A stretch of DNA of 64,000 bases from the NCBI GenBank assembly GCA_020137815.1, contig CM035362.1, positions 6,262,001-6,326,000 on the forward strand, read 5' to 3'. This DNA is from Hormiphora californensis (lineage: Eukaryota > Animalia > Ctenophora). Positions 1-12,815 of this stretch are shown piece after piece. Position 1 is the first letter of the stretch. Every line of letters begins with the position of its first letter. The notes below the pieces were generated by a model, which was not told the DNA's origin, searched no databases, and worked only from the letters and a program-made list of their open reading frames with translations. Made by a program: the position numbers and the translations under genes.

Positions 1-573
1 CGATCATAAAATTGGTGCAAGGGCTGCCCTTGCACCATTTGCCCTTGCACATTGCCTGCCCTTGCACCAAATTCCATTTTTTGCACGGCTCTAACTAACT
101 AATTAATTAATTTTGACTATTCCCACTTTTCGAACATCATCTTTTATGATTGAAGAACATTCCTACAAAGTTTCAAGTCGATATTTTAATCAGAACGGAA
201 AATAGAATTTGGTGCAAGGGCGCGGTGCAAGGGACAGAACACGCAATGTGCAAGGGCACGGTGCCCTTGCACCATTTTTAATTACCTATAATTAATTAAT
301 TAATTAAAAATTCAAAAATCCGCCAACGTCATGACACAAAGGAATACTACAAGAACATGCCTACAAAATTTCAAGTCGATATCTCAAACGGTGTGGCCAC
401 AATCGTTGACATGTTTTTTGCCCCCCCCCCCCCCCCCCCCAAAAAAAAAGACCTTTCTTTGTTCTTAATAGGGCCGGCATTTTTGGGTTTTTGTGCAAGG
501 GCAAAAATTTTTTTTTCTTTTTTTCGTTTTTTGCTGTTTTCTTCGGGTCGGAGGTGCCTGCCGGCACCTAAAT
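1..573 (+). mobile_element. Non-autonomous Helitron-like repeat, 3' part; near-identical to 24214-24783
   Basis: 1-573 matches 24214-24783 as a direct repeat. Both end in the GC-rich hairpin AGGTGCC-tgcc-GGCACCT followed by AAAT, after which the flanks differ. No TSD seen. Confidence 0.6.
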
Positions 574-665
574 TTGTTCGCGCGTTACATTCAAGCGCCA
601 CGTTTTGTTTTTTTTTAATTTCTGAAATTTCATGTTCTTTTTTATGTCGAGCTCCAACTTAAAAT

Positions 666-2076
666 GGAATGAAGGAGTGGGTGAAGAATGAAGTGAAGAC
701 ATGGGTCGAGGAGATAGAACAACTGAGCGACATTGCCTGCAACGAACCCCAACTAGCTTATTCAGCCTACACAATCGGGTTGAGTAAGAAGTGGAACTAC
801 TTGCTGCGGACAACACCAGGGATCGCTACAGAACTAGAGCCCATCGAGAAGGCAATCAGAGAGAAATTCCTCCCAGCTATCACAGGACAACCATTCATTC
901 CTGATACGCTACGATCCATAATGGCACTTCCTACGAGAATGGGAGGGCTGGGTGTCGAAAACCCCTGTCACATGGCTGACCTGGAGTACCAGAACTCGCT
1001 GAAAGCGACAGAAGAACTTCAGAAGGCCATCCAGAAACAAGACGTAGAATATATACCGAATCCTGAGACTGAGAAAGCCATAGCCCTCAGCATCAAAACT
1101 GGCAAAGCTAATTATCACAAGGAATGCAGGGAAAAAATCGTTCAGTCAATCAAGCCAAGAGAGGCGAGGAACCTTGATCTACTCAGCGAGAAAGGGGCAT
1201 CAACATGGCTCACTTGTCTACCCCTAGAGTCATTGAAGCTCACACTCAATCGCCAGGAGTTCTTTGATTCAATCTCAGCACGATACGATCTCCCACTAGT
1301 GGGACAGCCGAGAGCAACACAGTGCGTTTGTGGGGAGGAAAACAGCATCGATCACTCCATGTCATGCAAACGCGGGGGATTTGTTGCGGTCAGACACGAT
1401 TGCGTTCGAGACTTTCTAACTGCGGAGCTGGACAAAGTGTGCTACGACACTAAGGCTGAACCCCACCTACTGGAAGTTAGAGGAGCAAAACTACCACCTG
1501 GGACCATTACAGAGGATGGAGCTCGCCTTGACATTCGAACGAGGGGATTCTGGGGACCAATGGACTGCACCTATTTTGACGTAAGGGTTTTTAACCCAAG
1601 GGCACAGTCTAATGAGACTCAGGATATCCCTCAAACGTATATCAAGCACGAGGAAGGGAAGAAGAAGAACTATCTACATCGCATTCTCGAGGTGGAAAAA
1701 GCTTCTTTTACTCCCCTCGTTATGTCAACGACCGGTGGACTTGGTCAAGAGTTCAGCAGAACTCTGAAGCAACTCGCAACCAAGAAATCGCGGAAAACTG
1801 GCTATACCTACCAGGAGTGTATTCGATACCTCCGTGTTCGTCTATCATTTTCAATGGTTCGCTCCATAACTTGTTCTATTAGGGGTTACAGAGGAAGGAA
1901 CAAGAATGATGGCTCTTCATCAGATCTGTACCATACATACTAGTCTTTAACTGTTGCATGTATTTTATGTGATTTTCTTCGTGTAGCCAGTCAGGCAAAA
2001 ACAATTTATATATACTATTATTGACATTGTTAGGCCAGATGCATGTGGCTTCTTTTATTTAAAAATTTTCAAAAAA
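666..2076 (+). mobile_element. 5'-truncated CRE-clade (RLE-type) non-LTR retrotransposon
   Basis: 10-bp direct repeat AACTTAAAAT at 656-665 and 2077-2086 (TSD), A-rich 3' tail at 2061-2078, and an intact C-terminal ORF. Confidence 0.85.
669..1943 (+). CDS. C-terminal part of non-LTR retrotransposon polyprotein (RT thumb, CCHC zinc finger, restriction-like endonuclease)
   Basis: LPTRMGGLGV thumb motif; CVC..DH..C followed by RHD; RLDI...FDV; K and FTPLVMSTTGG motifs typical of CRE-clade RLE domains. The RT catalytic core is missing (5' truncation). Confidence 0.9.
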   Translation: MKEWVKNEVKTWVEEIEQLSDIACNEPQLAYSAYTIGLSKKWNYLLRTTPGIATELEPIEKAIREKFLPAITGQPFIPDTLRSIMALPTRMGGLGVENPCHMADLEYQNSLKATEELQKAIQKQDVEYIPNPETEKAIALSIKTGKANYHKECREKIVQSIKPREARNLDLLSEKGASTWLTCLPLESLKLTLNRQEFFDSISARYDLPLVGQPRATQCVCGEENSIDHSMSCKRGGFVAVRHDCVRDFLTAELDKVCYDTKAEPHLLEVRGAKLPPGTITEDGARLDIRTRGFWGPMDCTYFDVRVFNPRAQSNETQDIPQTYIKHEEGKKKNYLHRILEVEKASFTPLVMSTTGGLGQEFSRTLKQLATKKSRKTGYTYQECIRYLRVRLSFSMVRSITCSIRGYRGRNKNDGSSSDLYHTY

Positions 2077-2163
2077 AACTTAAAATCAGGTGCGCGCTTC
2101 AAAGGCCAGCGTTAAAACTTAAAATCTGGGTGTTTCGTGAGTTTTTTAGGGTTAGGGCTAAAG

Positions 2164-2387
2164 TAAAGTCGGATTTTTTGAAACTGTCACCACCCTGAGT
2201 TTTCAAATTTCTTTAAATGACCATAAGTCCGGTTCCTGATGAGATAGAGACTTGAAATTTGGAGGTTATAAAGATCTTGCTAAGTTCTTCCGAACCTCCA
2301 AATTTCAAGTCTCTATCTTATCAGGAACCGGAGATATGACAAATTTGTTATTTCAGGGGGGTGACAGTTTCAAAAAATCCGACTTTA
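2164..2387. mobile_element. Palindromic MITE within interstitial TTAGGG/TTGGGG repeats
   Basis: TAAAGTCGGATTTTTTGAAACTGTCACC ... GGTGACAGTTTCAAAAAATCCGACTTTA, plus an internal inverted repeat. TTAGGG units at ~2146-2157 and 2385-2425. Confidence 0.7.
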
Positions 2388-2561
2388 GGGTTAGGGTTAG
2401 GGTTGGGGTTGGGGTTGGGGTTAGGCCTTGACATTCCCTATCAGATAAACTTTGAATTAGCCAAAACGGTTGAGTGGTTTTGCGGTTAGAGTCATTTTAG
2501 TGAATCAAATTTTTTGGCAGTGTGCACCTGTAAACAGGCCACCAAACACCCAGATCGTAAC

Positions 2562-2728
2562 CCCCGTTCGAATTTTGGTCCTATCTATAGTATTAAACTG
2601 GCAGCATCCTGATCTAAAATAAGCAGAATTTTCAGCATTTTAGTCCGCCAATGTGCTGAAAATTCCTCTCAATCATATCAGATACACATGCAGAGAGATT
2701 CTTATTCTTGCAGTACTGCAGCAGTGTG

Positions 2729-2771
<43 letters not shown>

Positions 2772-3274
2772 AGAGGGGAGGGAGATGGAGAATATGTGTT
2801 GGTTGGCGCCAGTTGTGCGTAGTGCACCGACAACAGTCTAGAGGGGGAAGGGGGAGATTAGAGAGATTCATACATTACCATTGCAATTGAATTGGCTCTC
2901 TCTCTCTCTTTTTCAGCGCGACCAATTCAACCAATCTGCTGAAAATCGTGCTGAAAACTGACCATTTCAACCAATCTGCTGAAAATCGTGCTGAAAACTG
3001 TTGTCGGTGCATTACGCAAAACTGGAACATTCCCCAGCATATTCTGTCTCTCTGTCACACACAACCAGCACATAATATCCCCAGATATCTCTCTCTCTCA
3101 CTCTTCAGTCTTTCACATTCACTGCACCACCTATATTTTCAGCAGAATTTTCAGCACATAATATGTAGATGAAATTTTTGAATTGTAAAAATCAGCATTC
3201 TCGTTAAAAAAAATCAGCATCCTGGGAGACATTTCTTTCCAATTGGTTGGCAAATTTTGAATTTTCGAACGGGG
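2562..3274. mobile_element. Non-autonomous DNA transposon with 8-bp TSD
   Basis: TIR CCCCGTTCGAA...TTCGAACGGGG; TSD ATCGTAAC at 2554-2561 and 3275-3282; internal TGCTGAAAA/TTTTCAGCA subrepeats. Confidence 0.8.
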
Positions 3275-3625
3275 ATCGTAACGGCGCCCGCTTTAAAAGT
3301 ACATGGTTAACGGTGATATTTTTCCATGTTTTCGACCGTTAACGGTGATCTTAGCCGTGGTCGGTGCGATATTTTAGTAAACTAACGATATCCGATAGAT
3401 AATCGACAACACTAACCGATAACCCAAAACATAGTATAACCATACCATTGATAGGCTATCGGGCAGGCCTTATCCGTCTTGACCGCTAAAATCGAAGACC
3501 TGTCCGCAGTTAAAAGAGGTCTTTTCCGATATCACTAGTAACTCTCTAATATAATTATGAATGGACACCTAACATTTCCCATCTGTTATAGGGATGGGGA
3601 AATTTACTGAATATTTGGAAGGGAA

Positions 3626-3693
3626 GGTCCCTGATTGGCTGATAACCAGTCACGTGACCTAAATAACGAGTTCTGATTGGTTGTTTACTTGTT
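3626..3693 (+). mobile_element. ~107-bp CAGGAACCGACCGAA MITE family, truncated copy
   Basis: Core GTCCCTGATTGGCTGATAACCAGTCACGTGACCTAAATAACGAGTTCTGATTGGTTGTTTACTTGT is shared with 8 other copies in the window. Confidence 0.85.
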
Positions 3694-3707
3694 ATCCTGT
3701 TATAGGG

Positions 3708-3844
3708 ATGGGAAAGTTTACTGAATACCTGGAAGGGAAGGTATACAGTTGTATTGGGTGCAGAGCGAACCTTGCTAAACACACTGACATTGTCTCAAAA
3801 CAATACGAGGGGACATCAGGACCTGCTTATCTCTTTAAGAACGC
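3708..3844 (+). CDS. YPEL: Yippee-like (YPEL/Moh1 family) zinc-binding protein, first coding exon
   Basis: Translates MGKFTEYLEGKVYSCIGCRANLAKHTDIVSKQYEGTSGPAYLFKNA, matching the Yippee N-terminus (YSCxxCxxxL...ISK...G.AYLF). AG acceptor at 3704-3705, GTGAGT donor at 3845. Confidence 0.85.
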
Positions 3845-4972
3845 GTGAGTTATGAGAAAAGTATATACTGCAAGTATCCAATATATTGCAATACCTGTGG
3901 GATATATCACCTGCAGTCTGTGGGGGCTAGTTAATTATTTGTTATCATTTCACAAATCAGTACTTGAGGGAAGTACTAAAGGAAGTGCCATAGAAACCCC
4001 TCCGTTGTTGCAACCCACTTCTTACTGAGTGCCAAACAATACTCTAACATGATGGGTGCCATATATAAACAGCTGTTACCATCATGATACACTATCACTA
4101 CAGTGAGTATATGTATACATGGATTACTTTGTTATGTCATATTCAAGTAGTGGGTACTTTACATAAACCCAGATAATAGATTCATTGAATATTGTCCAAG
4201 TGAGGCGAAAGAGTAGTTGTCATTGTGGGATGTTGTGACTTGTGTGATACACATTCCTTTGATATGTTAGCAACTTGGCAGAGTGCCAGATAGCATTCTT
4301 TCCAGACTAATTACCCAGCACACAGGATCACACACACACTGTTATACTTGTCTGTGTCTTACTGTACAGGATCATCAGAGATGAATCAGAGAGACACACA
4401 GATAAATACACACAATGTCACACTTACAATATATCAAGGAGTCAAGAGGCACTCTTGGTAGTGTAGAGAAGAAGGGAAGGCAAGAGGCACTCTTTACTTG
4501 GTAGTTTAGAGAAGAAGGGAAGGCACTAGGCAAGAAGGGAGATGGGTATTGAAGGAGGGAGATATCTCGATTATATGCATGTATTGTGTGTATTCAACAT
4601 TGTTTTGGATGGGAGAGATATAGAGCTATAAGTGAGAGCTATAGAGAGACGGAAGCATTAGTCATTAGTGATCGCCCTGCGTTTTGCTGTGATCCCACCC
4701 GGTGTATTGTGTAATGAACTGCTGCCACCCTGTAATTTACTGCTGCCTCTGTTATACACTTTCTGTAGAGTGTGTTGTTCTGCAGAAGCGACTCACTTAG
4801 CTTTAGAGTGCAATCAGGATCTATTAAAGGAGTACGTGGTGAGGGCTTTTAGTGAACCTCCCTCCCCCCCCCCATTCAGGGACAAATGAAGCGTACCTTC
4901 TCTCTCTCTCTCGCGGGGCACAGAGAGAGATGGGGCTGAGCAATTGGTAACTCCCTGCTCTCTCTCTCTCTC

Positions 4973-5029
<57 letters not shown>

Positions 5030-5388
5030 GTTAAGTAACGATCTCTCCCTGATAACTCTCTCCCTCTTAGTTAAAGTAACGATCTCTCCTTGATAACTCT
5101 CTTTATTTGTCAATTCTTTAGAATGGTGGGTTCCAGGAATAAGAGCTGTGTTTCTAGGTAGTGGGCTAAAATGACATTTAATAATTGAAGTTGCTCCATT
5201 AGTGTCATTGTGGGCAGGAGTGCTCCTCTCGGACCCCCTTTGAGAGAGGGAGAGGGGAGTTCAAGTTTACATTTCCACTTCCAGGATGCTCAGATATGTC
5301 CCCAGAATGGCCTCCTAAGTTTGGAAATCAGATCCTCTCGGACCCCCTTTGAGAGAGAGAGAGAGAGAGGGAAAGGGGATAGAGAGGG

Positions 5389-5435
<47 letters not shown>

Positions 5436-5826
5436 AAGGGGATATAGAGAGAGATAGAGAATGTTGGAGCAGCAGCTGCTGGGCGGGTACACTAGGTATG
5501 GAGGTTTCTGTTATCTTGTGTGTTAAACAATTCCCACGAGAGGGAGACAGGCCGCTAGAGGCTACTACGAGAGGGAGACAGGCCGCTAGAGGCTACTATA
5601 ACAGGCTACTACAGGCTAACTGAGGGCTGAGGCCGCTATTACTACTACTGAAACCACAGCCTGCAAAATTCACCAGACAATATAGTCCATGTTATATTCC
5701 CTCCTTGTCTCTTTTTCTCTCGATATTGATATTATAATGGAGAAAAGAGATCCAATGAGAACTCATTCTCTATCTCCCTCCCTGTACTTCACCACGGTAG
5801 ATCATTAGTCTATCAGGATTCAGGAG

Positions 5827-5862
<36 letters not shown>

Positions 5863-6385
5863 AATGATGGGTGTATTGTATTAGAGTCACGTACATGAAG
5901 GTAAGGGCCCAACTAGCTGAGGAGTGAGGACATTATCATCCCACACTGGCTTGTGTGACTGTCCCACACTGGCTTGTGTGATGGTACAGTAATACGAGTA
6001 AAGTGAACCAGGTGGAGAAGAAATATATTCACAGAATATTATTAGATCACTTTAGGTGGTTATAGCTCAAGTGAGTGAAATGGGAGGGGAGGGAGAAAGA
6101 TTGGGGCACAGAGAGATAATAATATTCCAGTAATATTTTAAGAAACCCTTCCATAGAACAGTGAGGACAGCCCCACTCGATCACTGCTGCAGAGCTCTGT
6201 AATCTCCTTCTGCAGGAGCACAATGGATCACAATGATAATACAGAGATAATACCGAGATAACGCGTATCTCCATGACAGTGGGGGGCTATTGTGCTCTGG
6301 ATCACAAATTAACATATCTCTCTTTCTCTCTCTCTCTCTCTCTAGTTAATACAACAATCTCTCCTCTTGTTGCAGAGTTGCTGCG

Positions 6386-6442
<57 letters not shown>

Positions 6443-7660
6443 CCTCTCTCTTGTTGCAGAGTTGCTGCGGGATCTCTCTCTGTTGCAAACAAGGGTTGGG
6501 TCTCATTTGCTAACTTCTCTCTCGTGCTGCATTTGTTGCTGCAATGATGGGATAATTTTACAACTAATTGCGAGTTTGGGGCCTCGAGAGTTTGGCGGGA
6601 AGTTTGGGGGCCTCGACAGTCGAATTGTTCTATAATAGTGATATGAGAATTGAGGGTGTGTAATTGGTGATCTAAGGGCCAGCCCCACCCTGCAGTATAT
6701 AGTAGTTCTCTCTCTCTCTGTCTTGGCCTGAATCTCTTACTCTCTATATCCACCTTTTTATTAGCGATGTAGCCTTCCCTTTCGAGGTGGCCGATCCTGT
6801 GGTCTATCTTGTCACGTTATGCTTAGGACCACGTTTAGGACATATTTTGCACGTGCTGTTTGGGACCTATTTTTCCGTGCTTTCTTTTTTCCCTTCTTTT
6901 ATAGAATTAGAATCCTTTTTTGGTGGGATTACACTGGAAATTTCCGTTGAAAATTGTTGTTTCGAGAGAGGGAAGTCATCTCATTATAATATAAGACCGT
7001 AGTGAGGACTGTCTTACCCTGGAGGGTTAGGGTTAGGGAGGGTCTAATTAAATGACCTGATTTGATGGTCGTGACACAAGTGTGCCAACTCTCATGAGAA
7101 ATAAAGACAGAGAGGACAAAAAATAAAGATAGCTTAGAGAAGGACAAAGAGGATAAAAATCTAGACAGAGAAAAGATAGAGAAAGAAGGAAAAAAAAAAA
7201 GATAGAGAGAAAGAGGACACATAAAGATAGAGAGAAAGAATGATCAGAGAGACGTTCCTGCTTGATGAACTCCTCGGACCCGGGTGGGCGCCGGCAAGCA
7301 ATTTAAGCCCAGTCATCACACCACTAATTAAAATATGCTTTCCCCTCTATCCCCTCTATCTATCTCTTCTCCCTCCTTCTCTCCCCCTTCATCCTTCTCT
7401 CTCTCTTCCCCTCCTTTCCTCTCTCTCTCTCCTCTCTCTTCTCCTCTCTCTTTTTCTCTCTTTTCTAATCTTCTCTTTTTCCTCTCTCCTCTTCTCTTCT
7501 CTCTTCTCTCTCTTCTCTCCCCTCCCAATTTTTTTTCCCCCCCCCTTTTCCCTTTTTTCTCTTCCCCCCCTTTTCCCCCTATCCCCCCCCGGGGAAATTT
7601 TTCCCCCCTTTCAGGCTCTTGAAAGGCCCCCGGGGATGGGGAAAAAAAGTGAGTAGCCCG

Positions 7661-7866
7661 GTTTGTTTGTTTGTTTGTTTGTTTGTTTGTTTGTTTGTTT
7701 GTTTGTTTGTTTGTTTGTTTGTTTGTTTGTTTGTTTGCTTGTTTGTTTGTTTGTTTGTTTGTTTGTTTGTTTGTTTGTTTGTTTGTTTGTTTGTTTGTTT
7801 GTTTGTTTGTTTGTTTGTTTTCTTGTTTGTTTGTTTGTTTGTTTGTTTGTTTGTTTGTTTGTTGTT
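7661..7866. repeat. (GTTT)n microsatellite
   Basis: About 50 GTTT units. Confidence 0.95.
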
Positions 7867-8698
7867 ATTCCGAGCTTTGATGGAAATATTTGAGTCTTGG
7901 TTTGTTTGTTCGTTTAAAGGCTTCCTTTGTTTATTTTGTTTCATGGTCATTTGCAAACATTTAATGCAATTTTGTTTCTCCATCACGAACGCTTCCCATT
8001 CCTAACTCATTTCTCGTTACAATCTCTCTCTCCCTCCCTAGCTTTCATGTGGCCCTTGATGCAGGAGGATTAGATTTGGCATTCTCTTTCGGGTGACTGC
8101 TCTTCACTGTCTCTTTCTCTATATTTGTCTTCTCTCCCTATATTTGTCTACAATCTCTCTCTCTCTCTCTCTCTAGTTAATACAACAATCTCTCTCTCAC
8201 AATATTTATCTACCCAGGGCCCTCCATTTCATTATGCAGCTTTGCAGCTCATGTGGCTAGTTCATGTTGACCTGATGCATCAGAGGACCCCACATCAGGG
8301 GACCACATCATGTGACCCTCTGATTCATTTTCTCTTTCGCGTGAGTCCACTGTTATACTGGCCCCCCTCTGAATCGTGTGATAACCTGGTTTATCCATTC
8401 CCTCATTCTATCTATCCCTCAGCTATCCCCATACTATCCTGGCCTCAGACTTTATGACAGGTTGCAACACCGTTCTGTCGTGCGGCAGAGTTTGGTACGC
8501 TATAACCTAGAGCCACACGCACACACACACACACACTATCCTGGCCCCTCTGAATCGTGTGATAACCTGGTCCCCTCATTACATCCCTCAGCTATCCTCA
8601 TACTATCCCTATCCCTCATACTATCCTTTTTAGTAATAGATGGTGTATAACATGCCTGGTCTGAAAACAAATTAGGTAATGGTACACTGCAGTGACTG

Positions 8699-8807
8699 CA
8701 GGAACCGACCGAATCAGGAAATACTGGTCCCTGATTGGCGGATAACCAGTCACGTGACCTAAATAACGAGTTTTGATTGGTTGCTTACTTGTGTGGGTCG
8801 GTTCCTG
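8699..8807 (+). mobile_element. ~107-bp MITE, full-length (TIR CAGGAACCGACC). Other copies at ~11234-11322, 15487-15552, 28252-28358, 37587-37676(-), 43901-43975, 46171-46279(-), 60093-60184(-)
   Basis: Terminal CAGGAACCGACC...GGTCGGTTCCTG with a conserved internal ATTGG-GTCACGTGAC-ATTGG core. Confidence 0.9.
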
Positions 8808-11800
8808 GTACACATGACTGTAGCCTATAACTGTAGATATATTGTCTTTGTTATGGTGGTAGTGGCGGTAGTAAAACAAACAACTTGTTGATCTTACTAT
8901 AGTTACTAAAATTAGTATAGTTACTAACAATTAGTGAAACCACTACTAACTATCAGACAAATGAGCTGGTAACACTCTTTACTATGATGATAGCTGTTGC
9001 TAGTCTTTCTACAGAAGAATGGACCAGGGCGTTGAATGAATAATGATTCTCACCCCTCTCTCTTTCTCAGACAAATTATCTCCCGAATGACCACGTTGTA
9101 GCAGCTCCACAGAATAGGACTATAAATATTATAGCCCCCCCCCCCCCCCCGGCCCCCTGGTGATAATAAATGCACATTTCTGCAGTAGGTCTCTAGCATC
9201 ATGGAGGGGAATATAAATTCATATTTTTAGTGTTCTAAACCTGCACAGCGTCGGACTAGTAAAGTCTTAGTAGAGTACAACGTTGCGCATGTGAATCTCA
9301 CCGGTGAGATCGTTATATTTATTATTAAATGCGCAACGAATGCGTCATGCGCAGCCAGTTTGTATTTGTTTCGCTTTCACCTTGAACCTTTGTGAATGTG
9401 TCTGATCTCTGATCTCTGTTTGCTGTCTCTCCCACCCTGTGACAAGTTTCATTATGCCATTGATATAAAGCATTGTGCTAACAAAGTGAGTGATTTAAAT
9501 ATCTTCCTCCTCCTCTCTCTTCAGCTCGTTCGCGATCGCGGCGCGAGCCGGGAGGTAGCCGCGGCAGATCCGGGTGCCCACCTACCGGAAAGAGACCTCA
9601 CGGCTCCGCTACCTGACTGCGAGCTCGCCGCGCTACTGACATTATCTGATCTCATCTCTATGAGGCTATCATCTTCTCTATCGCATTCGTAGTTCTTCTC
9701 TCTCCTCTCTCTCTCCTATCTCTTTCTCTCTTCTCTCTTCTCTCTCTAACTCATCTCGTTCTTCTCTCATCTCTGTATCTCTATTCTCCTTCTCAATTCT
9801 CCTCACTCTCATCTATTTTCTCTGTAGACTCAGGAAAAAAAACTTTTTTGGGATAACCGCAAGGCAATAAAGTTTATAAGTCAACTTGGATGGTTCCGGT
9901 AGATTTATTTTTTATAATGAGAATGGTGTGCAGCCTTTTACCTTTACCTTACTTTTAATATTTGTTCTCTTTTCCTCTCTCCCCCCCAATTTCTTTACCC
10001 TTTATATAACATGTGCTAAAAAATTTTCTTTCCCCCCTCCCCCCCTCTCTTTTTCCCCTTCCTCCTTCCCTTCTTCCCTCCCCTCCTCATTTTAGTCCCC
10101 CCTTTCATTTTTCTTTCCTTTCTCTTCTCCCTTTTTTATTTTTTTTTCAAACCTCCAACTCTCTTCTTTTCCCCTTTTTCTTTTTCTCCCTTTTTTTTTC
10201 TTATTCTTTTTCTCTCCCTTTCTTTCTTTCTTTTTTTTAATTTTCTCTAATTAATTTCTTTCCTCCATTATATTTTTATTTTTAAAGCAACAAATAGGGA
10301 AGGCAACCTTTTCGGGACGGGGAAAAACCCCGAAAAAGAAAAAGAACCGGGAGAAAAGGGCGAGTAAAAGGGGACCGATTTTGGAGAGGGAAAGGGGAAA
10401 TAGAGGACCAAAATTGCCCCGCAGGTTACTCTTCATTCTTCTTTCTTTTCTCTCACTCTCTAAATCTCTCTCTCTCTTCCTTCCCCCTTCTTCTTCTCTC
10501 TTTCCTCTATGTATGTCTCTAAACTCCCAAATCTTTTGGTAATCTTTTTGTTCCGAATCCAAATTTCCGCATTTTAATATTTTGGTTGGGGTCACCCCGG
10601 GAAATTTTGGTAAAATTTGTTTAATAGTTTCAAATTGCATTCTGGATAATTCCCTTTTATCCCCTCATTTTTTTCTTATACCAAAATCTCTCCATAATTG
10701 GGCCCTTTCCCACCCACTTTCCCTTCTTTCTTTCCGTTCTTTTGTACATAATGTATACTAAAAATCAAAACAAATTGCCCAAACATTGGGAATTATTTGG
10801 TTTGGTGTCAGTTGAGTATTTGGGGATCTAATTTGGGGACAGATTGGAATGAATCCATCAGATAACCTATGAAAATCTTATTAATTGGGTTTTAATGTTG
10901 GTTGGGGTTTGGTATCAATTAAAGGTACCCCTAACTTGCACACTAAAACGTGACCTACTACCACGATGCCTTTGGGGTAATTTCGTTGCCAATCATGTTA
11001 CCAATTTAGTTATAACTATACCAATAAATGTTTTCCAAGAAATCCGGGTATTATAGCGATCCGAGAGAGGATCAGACAGCGTATTATAGAAAATATTATA
11101 TTGACTGTACTTATTAAGTGCCACACTGTACTACTTAGAATGCTAGGCAAATTTAATTCTTGGAACCCTGCTGCGTTACTAGCCGGATTTAATTCTTGGA
11201 AAGGTAGACCTGCTGCGTTACTAAAGGATAGATCAGGAACCGACCGAATCAGGAAATACTGGTCGCTGATTGGCTGATAACCAGTCACGTGACCTAATAA
11301 CGAAAGGTCTGATTTGGTTGTTGCACAGGATAGATCGTATTAACAAAAGTTTTCCGTTTTCGAGTGACTCGCTAAAATTCAACTTGTAAAATGTTACATT
11401 TGTTTGGGAATTAGACTCAGTGGAGTCTACTAGTACTATATAACAGAGCTGGGAGAGATCAGCTGTGTGTCTTCTATAAAGCTGCTGGGAGACTGGAAGA
11501 GAGCAGTGTGCTGTGAGAGAGAGAAAACATTGTGGTGATTGTAGTAGTTCGTCATTTACTATATCGTACCTTGTTTGATAATTCTATGAGTCATGGGTGT
11601 TCCAAACAAATTTCCAAACAAATATTAGTGAATTTAACTGGGTTAGAACTAATAGTCTGCAGCTAAATAAGTACAGCTTTCAGTTTCCTCTCTTTTTCTC
11701 TTTCTCTCTATCAGTCCTTTACTTGTCTCCTCCATCTATCTGTCATCCTCGTACATATTACGACCCTTAACTGTGTTGTTCATATTATGACTTCTTTCTT

Positions 11801-12767
11801 TATAATATGCAAACTTAGTAAGTTACTAAAGTCGTCTCGTCTAATATAACTACGAACTCACATATGAAATATGAGTGAGAAAGTGTGTGAAACTGACGGC
11901 CATATAGAGCTAACTTGTACAACAGTTGTATAGTTTTTTATTTCAGAACTATGGCAGGGAGTAATAGAACGGGCCGGGGTAACTGATTGACATATCTGAT
12001 GATACAACTGGTAATTGGACGGTGTGTAAGAGATAGTTAACTAGTCGTGTATTATGAAGCATTTGAGGGTCCTTTTAATTTCCCGCCCCTTTTTATAGCC
12101 GCTAGTAGTCTTTCTATTCTCTCCTTTTTATAGTCCCCGGCTTTCCGACTGATTTGTCGTGTATGTGATTGGAATGAGCTATGTTTAAATCAGCTTTCTT
12201 TCTCTCTCTCTCTCTCTATCTGCGCTTCTAATCGTCTCTCGCTCTCTCTCGCTCTCTCTCTCTAATAAATGAACAAGAACATATTATAGCTAAACGATAG
12301 AGTTTACAACTCATCTTCCAAGCATGCAACAGTGACAAGGGTCCGATAGAGAGCTGAACAGGCCAGTTAAACAGAGTTTAGAGAGAGCAGATCGAGCTAG
12401 AGCGCGCAAGAGCGAGAGAGAGTCGCAAGAGAAGAACGAGATGCGAGCACGGAGATCGCGCGAAGATTTTCCCCCCTTTTTAAAAACAGAAAATGTCTTA
12501 TCAATTACACAGCATCCACACTAATAGTGATGACACAATACATCTGGAACATTCTTTTAGGGCTGCTACTGCATTCTTCCTAAGTGTTTTTTCTTGTGGA
12601 GTAACGTTACGAATGGTTAGAATGTGTTATACCCCTTTCTTCAGTGAAAGCCACAGGTAAAAGGAACGCGAATTGGAATATTACTCATTATACATGTTCC
12701 ACTCTGAGCGAGGCAAGAGTTTTCTTTCCATCCAACTTATTCAGTAAGGGTGTATCACGGGGTAGTA

Positions 12768-12815
12768 CTTGCAATGCAGTAATGTTCCTCCCATATAGGT
12801 TGGAAGTATTCCAAA
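12768..12815 (+). other. Possible second CxxC...GWKY half of the YPEL gene, frameshifted in low-quality sequence
   Basis: TTG CAA TGC AGT AA- TGT TCC TCC CAT ATA GGT TGG AAG TAT reads LQCSxCSSHIGWKY if one base is restored; resembles the Yippee CxxCxxxLGWKY motif. Confidence 0.35.

Noticed and set aside
2385-2425. True telomere
   Set aside because: Short, degenerate and internal TTAGGG/TTGGGG tract.
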